Assembly: GCF_000017945.1 (NCBI RefSeq)
Contig: NC_009776.1
Span: 630,001-662,000 of the forward strand
Direction of reading: 5' to 3'
DNA: 32,000 nucleotides
DNA from: Ignicoccus hospitalis KIN4/I
Lineage (GTDB): Archaea > Thermoproteota > Thermoprotei_A > Sulfolobales > Ignicoccaceae
Shown in pieces: positions 16,762 through 25,467 of this stretch. Made by a program: the position numbers and the translations under genes. The first letter of the stretch is position 1, and every line of letters starts with the position of its first letter. Under the pieces are notes generated by a model. The model searched no databases, was not told the DNA's origin, and saw only the letters and a program-made list of their open reading frames with translations.

Positions 16762-18708
16762 ATGAAGAAAGGGTGGAACGTTAAGACCGGAATAGTGTGG
16801 GACGTAGAGAAGAACGTGCCTACGTTCAAGGAGGACTGCTGGGACTGCGAGACTGTAGAGCTCCCCACGACCTTGCCGGGGGACGCCCGATTCGCCTTCG
16901 AGCACGATATAGGCTTGCTCAAGGAGGCCCTAGAGCGCGAGTTCGGGGACTCCGACTTCCTGTGGAAGGTCTTGGGGGGCAAAGGGGTTGTTTTGGTAAA
17001 CAAGGGCGCCGGGCTGGACGACTTCAGGGAGCTCTTCTCGAGAGGCGCCATAGTTGGCAAGCTCTACTGGGAACCAATAGAGAGGACGTGGAGGTTCAGG
17101 CCCTCCTACGCGGGGGCCTCAGTTCTAGTCGAGCTGGGCGTAGCCAAAACGGTCGAGGTAGAGGAGCACCCGAGCGAAGGCTCCTCCATATTTTACGAGG
17201 GTTGTAAGGACGGAGAACAAGTGATACTGGTTAATAGAGAGAAGGTTCCCGTAGGGGTCGGGGTCTGCAGAAAGGGGCGCGTCAGGGTAATAACGTCATT
17301 TCCCAAGTCGGTGGTCGGGAAAGAGCCGTTCCCCGCCAAGCCGCTCCCCACTACCATAGAGGACACGATCAAGTTCAACGAACGCCGCCTTCGGAGGCTC
17401 ACCTCCCAATCGAAGAGGTTCATATACTCTATGGTAAGCAAGGTGGAGAAGCCGCTCACGGTCTCCTTCTCCGGGGGCAAGGACAGCTTGGTAGCTCTCC
17501 ACCTAACCTTGGAGTTCGGCAAACCTATCGTGGTATTTAACAACACTGGAATAGAAATGCCGGAGACCGTCGAGACCGTGAGGAGGGTCGTGGAGGCGTT
17601 CGACCTAGAGCTGGCGGTCGCCGACGCCGGCAACTCGTTCTGGGAGGCAATGAAGAGGAACTCCCCTCCAGCGAGGGACCTCAGGTGGTGCTGTAAAGTA
17701 ACCAAACTCGTACCTATGGCCAAGCTGGTGAAGGAGAGGTGGCCCTCCGGCACCTTGAACGTAGTGGGGCAAAGGGCCTTTGAGAGCATAGAGAGGAGCA
17801 AGTCCCCGAGGGTGTGGAGGAACAAGTGGTTCCCGCAAGTGCTTAACATCGCTCCCATACACTATTGGACCCAGCTCGACGTTTGGATGTACATATTCCA
17901 AAAGGGGCTAAAGGACTTAGTCAACCCCCTCTACTTCAAGGGCTTCGAGAGGATAGGCTGCTTCATGTGTCCCGCCAGCTTGTTGGCCGAGTTCGAGTTC
18001 ACAAAACGCGTCCACGAAGACTTGTGGAACAAGTGGGAGAAGGAGGTGGAGAGGTGGAGAAGAATCATGGGGTTGCCACTCGAGTGGAGGGAGTACGGCC
18101 TGTGGAGGTGGCTCAGCCCGAGCTCGAAGAAGAAGAGTTTTATGAATAAGCTTGGAATAAGCTACAGCTGGGAAGAAGAGTATAACAGCAGGCTCTTCCC
18201 GAGGATAATTAGGTCGGAGAACGGGGACGAGAAGGCCATCATAGAGTACTCTTCTAATATAGAGAAAGCGTTGGAAGACCAGTGGAGCATACTGGGCAAG
18301 AGGGTCGAGCGTAACAATGTAAAGACGCAGAACGGTCATGAAATAACTTTCTCCAAAAACAAGGTTGAGGTCGTAGGCAAGAACCCCTTAGAGGAAGCTT
18401 TGGTGGTCGACGCGCTCATCCACCGTTGGTACCAGTGCATGAAGTGTAAGAGTTGCGAGCTCTGGTGCCCCACCGGGGCCATCAAGGTTGAGGAGAGGCC
18501 TAAGGTGGACCCGGAGAGGTGCGTCTCGTGTAGGCTCTGCGTGCTGGAGTGTCCGATATACGAACCGGTGACCGATAGGGTGAGCGCCTCGGTGATCTTG
18601 GGGAGGCCGGACGGTTGGAGAAGGAAGACGAAGAAGGCGAGGAAGGAAGTAATAAAGGAACTGAAGGAGGCGGTGTTGGACGACGCGAAGGGGCTCGGCG
18701 GCCTTTGA
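16762..18708 (+). CDS. PAPS-reductase/PP-loop family protein with N-terminal extension and C-terminal 2x[4Fe-4S] ferredoxin domain
   Basis: KPLTVSFSGGKDSLVALHLTLEFGKPIVVFNNTGIEMPETVE, GCFMCPAS, and CMKCKSCELWCPTGAIKVEERPKVDPERCVSCRLCVLECPI. Confidence 0.9.
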   Translation: MKKGWNVKTGIVWDVEKNVPTFKEDCWDCETVELPTTLPGDARFAFEHDIGLLKEALEREFGDSDFLWKVLGGKGVVLVNKGAGLDDFRELFSRGAIVGKLYWEPIERTWRFRPSYAGASVLVELGVAKTVEVEEHPSEGSSIFYEGCKDGEQVILVNREKVPVGVGVCRKGRVRVITSFPKSVVGKEPFPAKPLPTTIEDTIKFNERRLRRLTSQSKRFIYSMVSKVEKPLTVSFSGGKDSLVALHLTLEFGKPIVVFNNTGIEMPETVETVRRVVEAFDLELAVADAGNSFWEAMKRNSPPARDLRWCCKVTKLVPMAKLVKERWPSGTLNVVGQRAFESIERSKSPRVWRNKWFPQVLNIAPIHYWTQLDVWMYIFQKGLKDLVNPLYFKGFERIGCFMCPASLLAEFEFTKRVHEDLWNKWEKEVERWRRIMGLPLEWREYGLWRWLSPSSKKKSFMNKLGISYSWEEEYNSRLFPRIIRSENGDEKAIIEYSSNIEKALEDQWSILGKRVERNNVKTQNGHEITFSKNKVEVVGKNPLEEALVVDALIHRWYQCMKCKSCELWCPTGAIKVEERPKVDPERCVSCRLCVLECPIYEPVTDRVSASVILGRPDGWRRKTKKARKEVIKELKEAVLDDAKGLGGL

Positions 18709-18742
18709 AGGAAACGGATAAGCGCCCGCTCCTTGAAGGGCG

Positions 18743-19006
18743 GTGGGGCGTCTGAGCTTTTCGGAATACCTAGAGGCCCTCTACCGCCTAAGCCCCAGGC
18801 TCTACGAGCGCCTACAAGAGGTGGCCAACTTCATAGGCTCCGTCTTAAAGGAGAAAGGCGTTGGGCACTACGAGCTCGAGGGCGACGTCCTCTTACCGGT
18901 CTACACTCGTTGTGAGGTCTTAGGCCCTCCCGTGCGCTGCGAGCCCACGGGCTTCCGAAGCGGCTACGTGGAGAACACGATAGTGGATACCTACGAGCTG
19001 TTCTAG
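18743..19006 (+). CDS. Hypothetical 87 aa protein, possibly the N-terminal fragment of a split M28-like peptidase
   Basis: Short ORF immediately upstream of an M28-like ORF in a different frame. Confidence 0.4.
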   Translation: MGRLSFSEYLEALYRLSPRLYERLQEVANFIGSVLKEKGVGHYELEGDVLLPVYTRCEVLGPPVRCEPTGFRSGYVENTIVDTYELF

Positions 19007-19073
19007 AAGGACGAGGAGCCCGAAGGGTCTACTTTTCTGTACTAACTCGAGGTGTCCTTCTGTCTCAAAAGCT

Positions 19074-19640
19074 TTGTTCACGCAGCAGCCGTCCATAACT
19101 GTGAGTGGGGCCGACGTCGACTCGGTGGAAGAGGGCGACGGCGGCGAGATAGAAGTTACGTGGGAGAAGTTCGAGTTCTCCGAAATCTTGGTAGGTAGCT
19201 TGGAAAGCCCAGAAGCCGTGGTGTTCATCCATTACGACTCCTTCGAAGGGGGCTCCGTGGACAACGGGGCCGCCGTCGCCGTTGCGCTGGAGAGGTTAAA
19301 GGAACTCGACTTGAAGAAAACGCTGTTGGCTTTCACAGCCCCAGATGAGCCGTCGCACGAGGAGCCCTACTGGGGCTTCGGGTTTAGGTTCTTCGAAAAG
19401 GAGTTTAAAGACGTCTTAGAGAGCGCGGACGTCATAGTGACCTTCGACTCGGTGGGGCTCAGCTCCCCCCTAGCGTTGAGGGACAAGAAGTCCTTGGAAG
19501 ACCTGTTACCGCTAGAAGACAAGGGCTTGCTGGAAAAGGCGGTGGGCGTTACTTCGGATTGGGACAAACTCTTCGAGATCTACCACTCAGACTTGGATAC
19601 TCCCGACAAGGTTGATTACTCCAAGACTGTTGAGGCGTAG
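19074..19640 (+). CDS. M28-like metallopeptidase, short or N-terminally incomplete
   Basis: AVVFIHYDSFEGGSVDNGAAVAVALERL, FTAPDEPSHEEPYWGFG, VIVTFDSVGL and IYHSDLDTPDKVDY follow the M28 H-x-D / DN / EE / D / H order. Confidence 0.6.
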   Translation: MFTQQPSITVSGADVDSVEEGDGGEIEVTWEKFEFSEILVGSLESPEAVVFIHYDSFEGGSVDNGAAVAVALERLKELDLKKTLLAFTAPDEPSHEEPYWGFGFRFFEKEFKDVLESADVIVTFDSVGLSSPLALRDKKSLEDLLPLEDKGLLEKAVGVTSDWDKLFEIYHSDLDTPDKVDYSKTVEA

Positions 19641-19675
19641 GAGCCGTTAAAGACCCTCCTCCCCCCAGAAGGGCC

Positions 19676-20035
19676 CTACAGCAGCTTCAAGTGGCCGGTA
19701 ACCTTGTCGACCTCCTCTTCGGGGGCAGGGCCTACTGCGACTGCCGTTACGGTGCCAGGCTCCACTTGGGTTAGGCCCGCGTCCTTAACCAAGAACGCGG
19801 GGAGGCCGAGGTCCCTAGCCTTCTGATATATTTCTAGCAACTCCTTCAGCGAACCAACCTTGAGGACCACCTTCTTCTGGCCCCCTTTGGTCCACTCCTC
19901 GAACCAAGATGGCTTCTTCTTCATAGCCTCCAAGGCCGCTCCTAAGGAAGCGTGAGCCACTTGTGCGCAGATCTTTCCCTTCCCCATTTTAATGTCTGTC
20001 CTCACCACTATGCTCTGCTTGAAGCCTCTCGGCAA
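19676..20035 (-). CDS. pth2: Peptidyl-tRNA hydrolase, Pth2 type
   Basis: FKQSIVVRTDIKMGKGKICAQVAHASLGAALEAMKK...KVVLKVGSLKELLEIYQKARDLGLPAFLVKDAGLTQVEPGTVTAVAVGPAPEEEVDKVTGHLKLL. Confidence 0.96.
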   Translation of the reverse strand: MPRGFKQSIVVRTDIKMGKGKICAQVAHASLGAALEAMKKKPSWFEEWTKGGQKKVVLKVGSLKELLEIYQKARDLGLPAFLVKDAGLTQVEPGTVTAVAVGPAPEEEVDKVTGHLKLL

Positions 20036-20993
20036 GCTTACCTCCCTCGATTCCGCTCATCTTTAACGCCCTAACTACCTCTGCCCGGCTGGCGCCCAAC
20101 GCCTCGGCCTTTCGGAGGACCGCCTCCAACGGGTCCTTGCCCTCTTTGTAAGCGGTTATGGCCTCCCACGCGAGCCTCCACCTCCTCTCCCGGGATCCCA
20201 TAACCTTTATGATGGCCTTTTGGATATCCCCCCTCAGCTCGTAGCGGGCCATGAGTACGGCGAAGACTAGCTTGTGTATCATTAAGGGCACGCCTACCGT
20301 GCTTCCCCAGAGTTCTATTCTCCTCCTCCTACAGCAGTCACACGGGATCTTTGAGGTCAAGCCGGGTCTAGGTATTTCTTTGTCCACGATCCCTCCGAAC
20401 AAGAAGACGTCCGCGTTCAGCACGTCGTGGGAGGTCAAGCTCTCCTCGGCGTTCGGGTCCAAGAGCACCACTTCGTCGAATACACACAAATCCTCTAACC
20501 TCATAACCTTCACGTAGTCGTTTGGTTTCCACTGAAAGTCTTTGGGAGCGTCCACAAACACTACGTGAGAGTCCCAGAGGAAGTACCTAACGGCGTTCAA
20601 GGTCTCCCAAAGTTGCAGCTTGAGCTTTCTGAGCTCCTTGGGGGTGTGTATTCCGAGAAAGCCTAGGTACACGGCTACGTAGGGCAGCTCGTCCAGCAGC
20701 GGGAGCAGGTGTTCCCGGGTCAGCTCCCCCTCCGACTCGTGGGTGGCGTCGCTCACTTCCTCGCCTCCCCTAAGCATGTACCACATAGTGCGGCTCCCGA
20801 ACTCGGTGCGGAACCACCTCCGCGACTTCAACCCTTTTCGTAAGTTCACCTTGCTGCCCTTGACTAACATGTGGACTGCCGTCTCTTGGAAGGGGTCCCT
20901 CTTAAACCTCAAGTTCATGTTACACTTCAGGGAGGCGAGCTTCTCTGCGCCCCTCTCGTAGAGCAACTTTAATAGCGCGTCTCGCGGTCGCAT
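19989..20993 (-). CDS. Archaeal Trm10-like tRNA (position 9) N1-methyltransferase
   Basis: SPOUT-type VVLLDPNAEESLTSHDVLNADVFLFGGIVDKEIPRPGLTSKIPC...LWGSTVGVPLMIHKL. Start moved from 21170 to the ATG at 20993 (MRPRDALLKLL). Confidence 0.82.
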   Translation of the reverse strand: MRPRDALLKLLYERGAEKLASLKCNMNLRFKRDPFQETAVHMLVKGSKVNLRKGLKSRRWFRTEFGSRTMWYMLRGGEEVSDATHESEGELTREHLLPLLDELPYVAVYLGFLGIHTPKELRKLKLQLWETLNAVRYFLWDSHVVFVDAPKDFQWKPNDYVKVMRLEDLCVFDEVVLLDPNAEESLTSHDVLNADVFLFGGIVDKEIPRPGLTSKIPCDCCRRRRIELWGSTVGVPLMIHKLVFAVLMARYELRGDIQKAIIKVMGSRERRWRLAWEAITAYKEGKDPLEAVLRKAEALGASRAEVVRALKMSGIEGGKLAERLQAEHSGEDRH

Positions 20994-21113
20994 TCGGTCA
21001 GTACCGGGATGACGAACTGTACGTGGGCTGAAAAGGTGAAGAGGCTGAGCTACGCGCGACCGTCCCATAGTCCAATTTATTTCTTCAGCACATAGAGCTG
21101 GTGGGTAAATGTA

Positions 21114-21992
21114 GTGACACGGGGCAAGGGCCTCGAGTGTCCTCCTCTGCTCGCCCGGAGCAAGGTGCAAGCGGTATGGGGCATAAAGGGCGGGGTAGGC
21201 AAGTCCACGGTAAGCGCCCTCGTGGCCAAGGCCAGCTCTCAGAAGGTCAACAAGGTCACGCTCCTCGTAGACACGGACTTCCGCGACGGCTCCTCCCGTT
21301 TCTTCTTGGGAGAGGAGGCGAGGCGCCTAGAGGGGTGGTATGACGTCTTGGTCAAGGGAGGTAGGCTAGAGAAGTACCTCCACCGGGTTGAGCCGAACTT
21401 ATACGTAGTGCCCTCGGGGACTATGGACTCGGCCATGAAGTATTCAATGATGATAGCCCAGAAGGGCGTGAGGGAGGTTATGAAAATCGTCGCGAGGACG
21501 GTTTCGGAGATCCAAGAAGACTTCGACTTGGTAGTGGTAGACGTGCCGGTGACCAGTTTCGCGGACGTGCCTATACTTAAATGTATGATTGACTCCTTGA
21601 GGGCCAAGAATACGTTAGTCACGCAAGCCTCCGCCCCCGAGATACGGAGGACGTTGAAGTTGGTTAGGGAAGCAATAAACTTACTTCCATCGCTGCTCGT
21701 GGTAAACCAAATACACCCGAGAGTGCTGGCCGACGCCAACGAGAGGAGGGCTCTCTTGAGCGTCATTTTAGAGATAGTTGAGGAGGGGATAAAGGTAATT
21801 CCCATACCGTTCAGCGGAGAGCTTTACGAACATATAAATTGGAATTCGAAGACCGTGGAAGCGCTGGAAGAGTGTATGGCTTACTTGCTGTGGGGAGTGG
21901 GCGACCCCAAGTGGTGCAACTTCGCAACGCGGGGGCTTTACAGCCCCGAGATAGCGAAAATGGTCGCTTCGATATCTTCACCTTCTGCTTGA
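21114..21992 (+). CDS. ParA/MinD-like P-loop ATPase
   Basis: [23 protein letters not shown] (deviant Walker A), [25 protein letters not shown]. Confidence 0.9.
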   Translation: MTRGKGLECPPLLARSKVQAVWGIKGGVGKSTVSALVAKASSQKVNKVTLLVDTDFRDGSSRFFLGEEARRLEGWYDVLVKGGRLEKYLHRVEPNLYVVPSGTMDSAMKYSMMIAQKGVREVMKIVARTVSEIQEDFDLVVVDVPVTSFADVPILKCMIDSLRAKNTLVTQASAPEIRRTLKLVREAINLLPSLLVVNQIHPRVLADANERRALLSVILEIVEEGIKVIPIPFSGELYEHINWNSKTVEALEECMAYLLWGVGDPKWCNFATRGLYSPEIAKMVASISSPSA

Positions 21993-22259
21993 GAGCTTCC
22001 TCGCTTCCCTTTCGGTCTCCCTCAAGATGAGTATGTCGCCCAACCTAACCGGACCCTTGACGTTTCTCGTCAAGATGCGGCCCTTGTCCCTACCTTCCAG
22101 CACCCTCACCCTAACTTGCGTTATCTCTCCTGTTACGCCGGTCCTCCCTATGATTTGGATTACTTCCACCGGGAAGCCTATCTCCTCCGTAACGTTAATC
22201 TCGTTCATCCACTCGCCTACATATACCTTCTTCGGCACGGCTCGACCCCGCCCTCCCAT
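21978..22259 (-). CDS. rps28e: Ribosomal protein eS28 (S28e)
   Basis: [61 protein letters not shown]. Confidence 0.97.
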   Translation of the reverse strand: MGGRGRAVPKKVYVGEWMNEINVTEEIGFPVEVIQIIGRTGVTGEITQVRVRVLEGRDKGRILTRNVKGPVRLGDILILRETEREARKLSSRR

Positions 22260-22303
22260 CTAAGCTTTCCTTTTAAATCTCTAAAACGCCGGGACGCGGG
22301 GAC

Positions 22304-22486
22304 TTGGGCTTGGCAAGAAGGGTCTGCAGCTTCTGCGGTAGGGAGATAGAGCCTGGAACCGGAATAATGTACGTAAGGAACGACGGCTCCATTATGTGGT
22401 TCTGTAGCAGCAAGTGCTTCAAGAGCTTCAAGATGGGGAGAGACCCGAGGAAGCTTCCTTGGACCGCTAAGTACGCCCGGAGGTGA
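22304..22486 (+). CDS. rpl24e: Ribosomal protein eL24 (L24e)
   Basis: [49 protein letters not shown]. Confidence 0.97.
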   Translation: MGLARRVCSFCGREIEPGTGIMYVRNDGSIMWFCSSKCFKSFKMGRDPRKLPWTAKYARR

Positions 22487-22935
22487 CAAAGGTGGAGAGA
22501 GAATTTGTAATGATCAAGCCGGACGGTGTCAAGAGGGGTCTCGTCGGCGAAATAATATCGAGGATCGAAAGGAAGGGGCTCAAGATAGTGGCCATGAAGA
22601 TGCTCAAGTTGGACAGGGAGATGGCAGAGAGGCTGTACGAAGAACACAAGGGAAAGCCCTTCTTCGATGACTTGATAAGTTACGTGACCAGCGGCCCCGT
22701 GGTAGCGATGGTCGTCGAGGGACCCAACGCAGTCGAAGTGATGAGGAGGATGATAGGAGACACCGACGGAGCCAAGGCCGCCCCCGGCACGATCAGAGGG
22801 GACTTCGCGCTGAGTAAGGCGAGGAACGTAGTCCACGCGACCGACAGTCCCGAAAAGGTAGCTCGGGAAATGTCGATATTCTTCCGCGACGACGAGATCG
22901 TAGAGGGTTACGAGCTCTGTCACTCGATTTATTAA
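22483..22935 (+). CDS. ndk: Nucleoside diphosphate kinase
   Basis: [40 protein letters not shown]...[31 protein letters not shown]. Confidence 0.98.
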   Translation: MTKVEREFVMIKPDGVKRGLVGEIISRIERKGLKIVAMKMLKLDREMAERLYEEHKGKPFFDDLISYVTSGPVVAMVVEGPNAVEVMRRMIGDTDGAKAAPGTIRGDFALSKARNVVHATDSPEKVAREMSIFFRDDEIVEGYELCHSIY

Positions 22936-22962
22936 CACTTTCTCTCCCCTGCACGCGGGAGT

Positions 22963-23433
22963 TTGGAGGACAGGGCTTTCTACTTGTTACTTAGAAAGTT
23001 TAGAGAGTTCGGCGTGGACCCGAGCTGCGCGAGGCGCGTGAGCTGTCGGAGTGAGCTGGACTGCATAATAAAGGCGTTGAAGATTTGTAACGGCCTCAAA
23101 GTCACGCAGCTGGGCATAGACCCGGGAGAGACCGTGGGCATCGTCATAGTCGTGGACGCCGTGCCCGTGTGGGAGTGGGAAGGTTCAAGGGACGAAGCAG
23201 TCAAGGTAGTTTCAGAGGTTCTAAAGACTATTGAGATAGATAGAGTAGTTACGAGCGAAGGGGGCCTAGACTTACTCCCCTCCTCCCTCGAGGTGCCCGT
23301 GGTTCTGGTAAGGGAACACGGCACCTCCAAGAGGAGGGTGCGCGGTCTCAAAAAGCACTCCTCATCCGCCTACCTCATGGTCGCGAGAAACTCTATTACA
23401 AGGAGAGTGAGGAGGTGGAGAGGTGGAAGCTAA
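22963..23433 (+). CDS. Possible RuvC/YqgF-like RNase H-fold protein
   Basis: VTQLGIDPGETVGIVIVVDAVPVWEWEG resembles the first strand motif of RuvC-like domains; TTG start. Confidence 0.5.
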   Translation: MEDRAFYLLLRKFREFGVDPSCARRVSCRSELDCIIKALKICNGLKVTQLGIDPGETVGIVIVVDAVPVWEWEGSRDEAVKVVSEVLKTIEIDRVVTSEGGLDLLPSSLEVPVVLVREHGTSKRRVRGLKKHSSSAYLMVARNSITRRVRRWRGGS

Positions 23434-24299
23434 TGAGTTACGACCATCCTCGAGGAAGGAAAGGACTGTTGGACGAGATTTCAATTATATTGAGGGAAGA
23501 GTGCGTAATTTCGGTTATAGCGAACCCGTACATGGAAGCTGCTCAGAAGTTCTCCACCATGCTGTCGCACATAAGGGACTCCTCACTAATCGTGAGGGCT
23601 TTGAGGAGCTCTTTCTTCGATTGTAATTCGTTATTTATACTGTTTAACGCCTATAACGCCACGGTACAATTTGCCGAATATGTGGTAAAGAAGCTAAAGA
23701 GCCTTGGAATAGGTATCATAAAGACGCTAGTGGTCGATTCGGCGCTCTCCCTCTCAGCGCTGCTTCCCCTCTTGTCGGAAGAGCTCGTGTTGACCCCTTG
23801 GTCTACCTTAGGAACCATTGACCCTTACATCTTCGTTTCCCACGTTATGCCGAAGGAAGCGATGGCCGTCAAGGAGTCCATAGACCAAGCCATCGCCAGC
23901 GTCCCCAAAGACGGGGGCGGGAAGGGCCAAGTGATCTACGCCCTAGCCGTTTCGGGTAGCCTCTACGAGTACGTCCTCTCAGAGAAGCACATAAGGTACT
24001 TAGAGAGGTTACTCAACGACTACGTTAGGGACAGGGTGGCCGAACCTAAGTTCAACGAATTAATGAACAGAATGCTTAACAACATAGATGTTCACGATCA
24101 ACCCCTCTCGGCAAAGGAGATAAATGATCTCGTGAATTACTCGAAGATAGTGGAGGACCGCCAACTCTTGAACATGATAGAGAGATATTACAACAGCGCC
24201 ATAAACTACCTCAATAAGTCCGGAAAGGCTCTATTGATAGAGACTTCGCTGGTGACGTATGATATAACGCCGCCCAACACAAACCCGTTGGGTTATTAG
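23415..24299 (+). CDS. Possible ClpP/crotonase-fold (serine dehydrogenase proteinase-like) protein
   Basis: IKTLVVDSALSLSALLPLLSEELVLTPWSTLGTIDPYIFV resembles the SDH-proteinase 'SAGTxxALaaDeIvmgxxSxLGPIDPQ' segment; overlaps the upstream ORF by 19 bp. Confidence 0.55.
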   Translation: MERWKLMSYDHPRGRKGLLDEISIILREECVISVIANPYMEAAQKFSTMLSHIRDSSLIVRALRSSFFDCNSLFILFNAYNATVQFAEYVVKKLKSLGIGIIKTLVVDSALSLSALLPLLSEELVLTPWSTLGTIDPYIFVSHVMPKEAMAVKESIDQAIASVPKDGGGKGQVIYALAVSGSLYEYVLSEKHIRYLERLLNDYVRDRVAEPKFNELMNRMLNNIDVHDQPLSAKEINDLVNYSKIVEDRQLLNMIERYYNSAINYLNKSGKALLIETSLVTYDITPPNTNPLGY

Positions 24300-25366
24300 G
24301 GCCGCACCGGAACGAGGTTCTTCAAGCCCTCGTCCTCATCCATGCCCAACATCAAATTCATATTTTGCACCGCCGTCCCCGCCGCCCCCTTCATCAAGTT
24401 GTCTATCGCCGCGAACATGGCTAGCCTCCCAACCCTCTTGTCCAAGGCGAACCCGACCTCGGCGTAGTTGCTGCCGTAGACGTTCTTCACGTCCGGGTAA
24501 GGCATGGGCGCCCCCCTCACTATCTTGACGAACTTCTTGCCCGCGTAATACTTCGCATAAATCCTTTGGACGTCCAGCGGCGCTAAGTCTTTCGTAAGCC
24601 AAGAATACGCTGAGGCGAGTGACCCCCTTATCATGCTCACGGCGTGAGGGGTAAACCCTACCTTGACGTCTCTCCCGGTATAGTCCCTTATAACCTGCTC
24701 CAGCTCCGCTACGTGTCTATGACCTTCTGCGTCGTAAGGCCTGGCCGTGCCTTCCCTCTCCGGGTGATGACCCCCTCTGTAGGGCTTGGCGCCCGCCTCG
24801 GAGCTCCCCACCTTGACGTCAACCACTATCCGGTCCAAGTCGATTATTCTTTCAGCCGCTGGGGGCAAGACGGCCAAGATGGAGCTAGTTGCGTTACAGC
24901 CGGGGTTAGCAACGAGCTGGGCGCCCCTTATTTTGTCTCCGTAAAGTTCCGGGAGGCCGTAGACGGCCTTTTCGAGCAAGTCCGGGTAAGGGTGTTCGTA
25001 GCCGTACCAAGTTTTGTAATCTTCAACCCGCTTGAGACGATAGTCGGCACTTAAGTCCACTACCTTATATCCTACTTCCAAAGCCTTGGGCACGTAATGC
25101 AAGGACACCTTGTGGGGAAGGGCGAGGAAGACCAGGTCCACGTCGCCTACGACGTCGCTGAGCTGGTCAGGGTCGTCTAACCTCTTAAACTTCAAGGACG
25201 CTGGGTATATCCCCCTCAAGTGAGGGTGGGCATAGTAGACGGGCTTGTTGGCGTATTCCCTAGAGGTGACCACTTTCACGTTCACGTCGGGGTGTACTGC
25301 GAGTACCCTTAGCAACTCGCCTCCGGTGTAACCGGAGGCTCCGACTATCGCTACCTCATACGTCAT
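24296..25366 (-). CDS. argC: N-acetyl-gamma-glutamyl-phosphate / LysW-aminoadipyl-phosphate reductase family
   Basis: YEVAIVGASGYTGGELLRVLAVHPDVNVK, VVDLSADYRL, LVANPGCNATSSILAVLPP. Confidence 0.93.
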   Translation of the reverse strand: MTYEVAIVGASGYTGGELLRVLAVHPDVNVKVVTSREYANKPVYYAHPHLRGIYPASLKFKRLDDPDQLSDVVGDVDLVFLALPHKVSLHYVPKALEVGYKVVDLSADYRLKRVEDYKTWYGYEHPYPDLLEKAVYGLPELYGDKIRGAQLVANPGCNATSSILAVLPPAAERIIDLDRIVVDVKVGSSEAGAKPYRGGHHPEREGTARPYDAEGHRHVAELEQVIRDYTGRDVKVGFTPHAVSMIRGSLASAYSWLTKDLAPLDVQRIYAKYYAGKKFVKIVRGAPMPYPDVKNVYGSNYAEVGFALDKRVGRLAMFAAIDNLMKGAAGTAVQNMNLMLGMDEDEGLKNLVPVRP

Positions 25367-25410
25367 TAACCTTCCCCGGCTCTCGCTAGGACGTCATGAT
25401 TTAACTCTTA

Positions 25411-25420
25411 TACCTATAAA
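25411..25420 (-). promoter_or_regulatory. Candidate TATA box for the minus-strand argC/lysY gene
   Basis: Minus-strand TTTATAGGTA in the divergent intergenic region, about 45 bp upstream of the start. Confidence 0.35.
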
Positions 25421-25428
25421 GCAAAACG

Positions 25429-25438
25429 ATATTAAAAG
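25429..25438 (+). promoter_or_regulatory. Candidate TATA box for the livHMGF-pyrH operon
   Basis: GATATTAAAA preceded by a purine-rich BRE-like GCAAAAC, about 30-35 bp upstream of the 25468 start. Confidence 0.4.
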
Positions 25439-25467
25439 TTAAGCGAAGTCGGGGCGGGCAAATAATA

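Noticed and set aside
17193-17858. 221-aa minus-strand ORF, plus 16458-17060 (200 aa) and other long antisense ORFs
   Set aside because: Both are antisense to strongly supported genes (the PAPS-reductase-like and CedA-like genes) and have Ser/Thr/Pro/Leu-rich shadow composition with no recognisable motif.
20994-21170. N-terminal 59 residues of the 393-aa Trm10-like ORF
   Set aside because: Extends across the divergent intergenic region and into the MinD-like gene. The composition is not family-like, so the ATG at 20993 is preferred.
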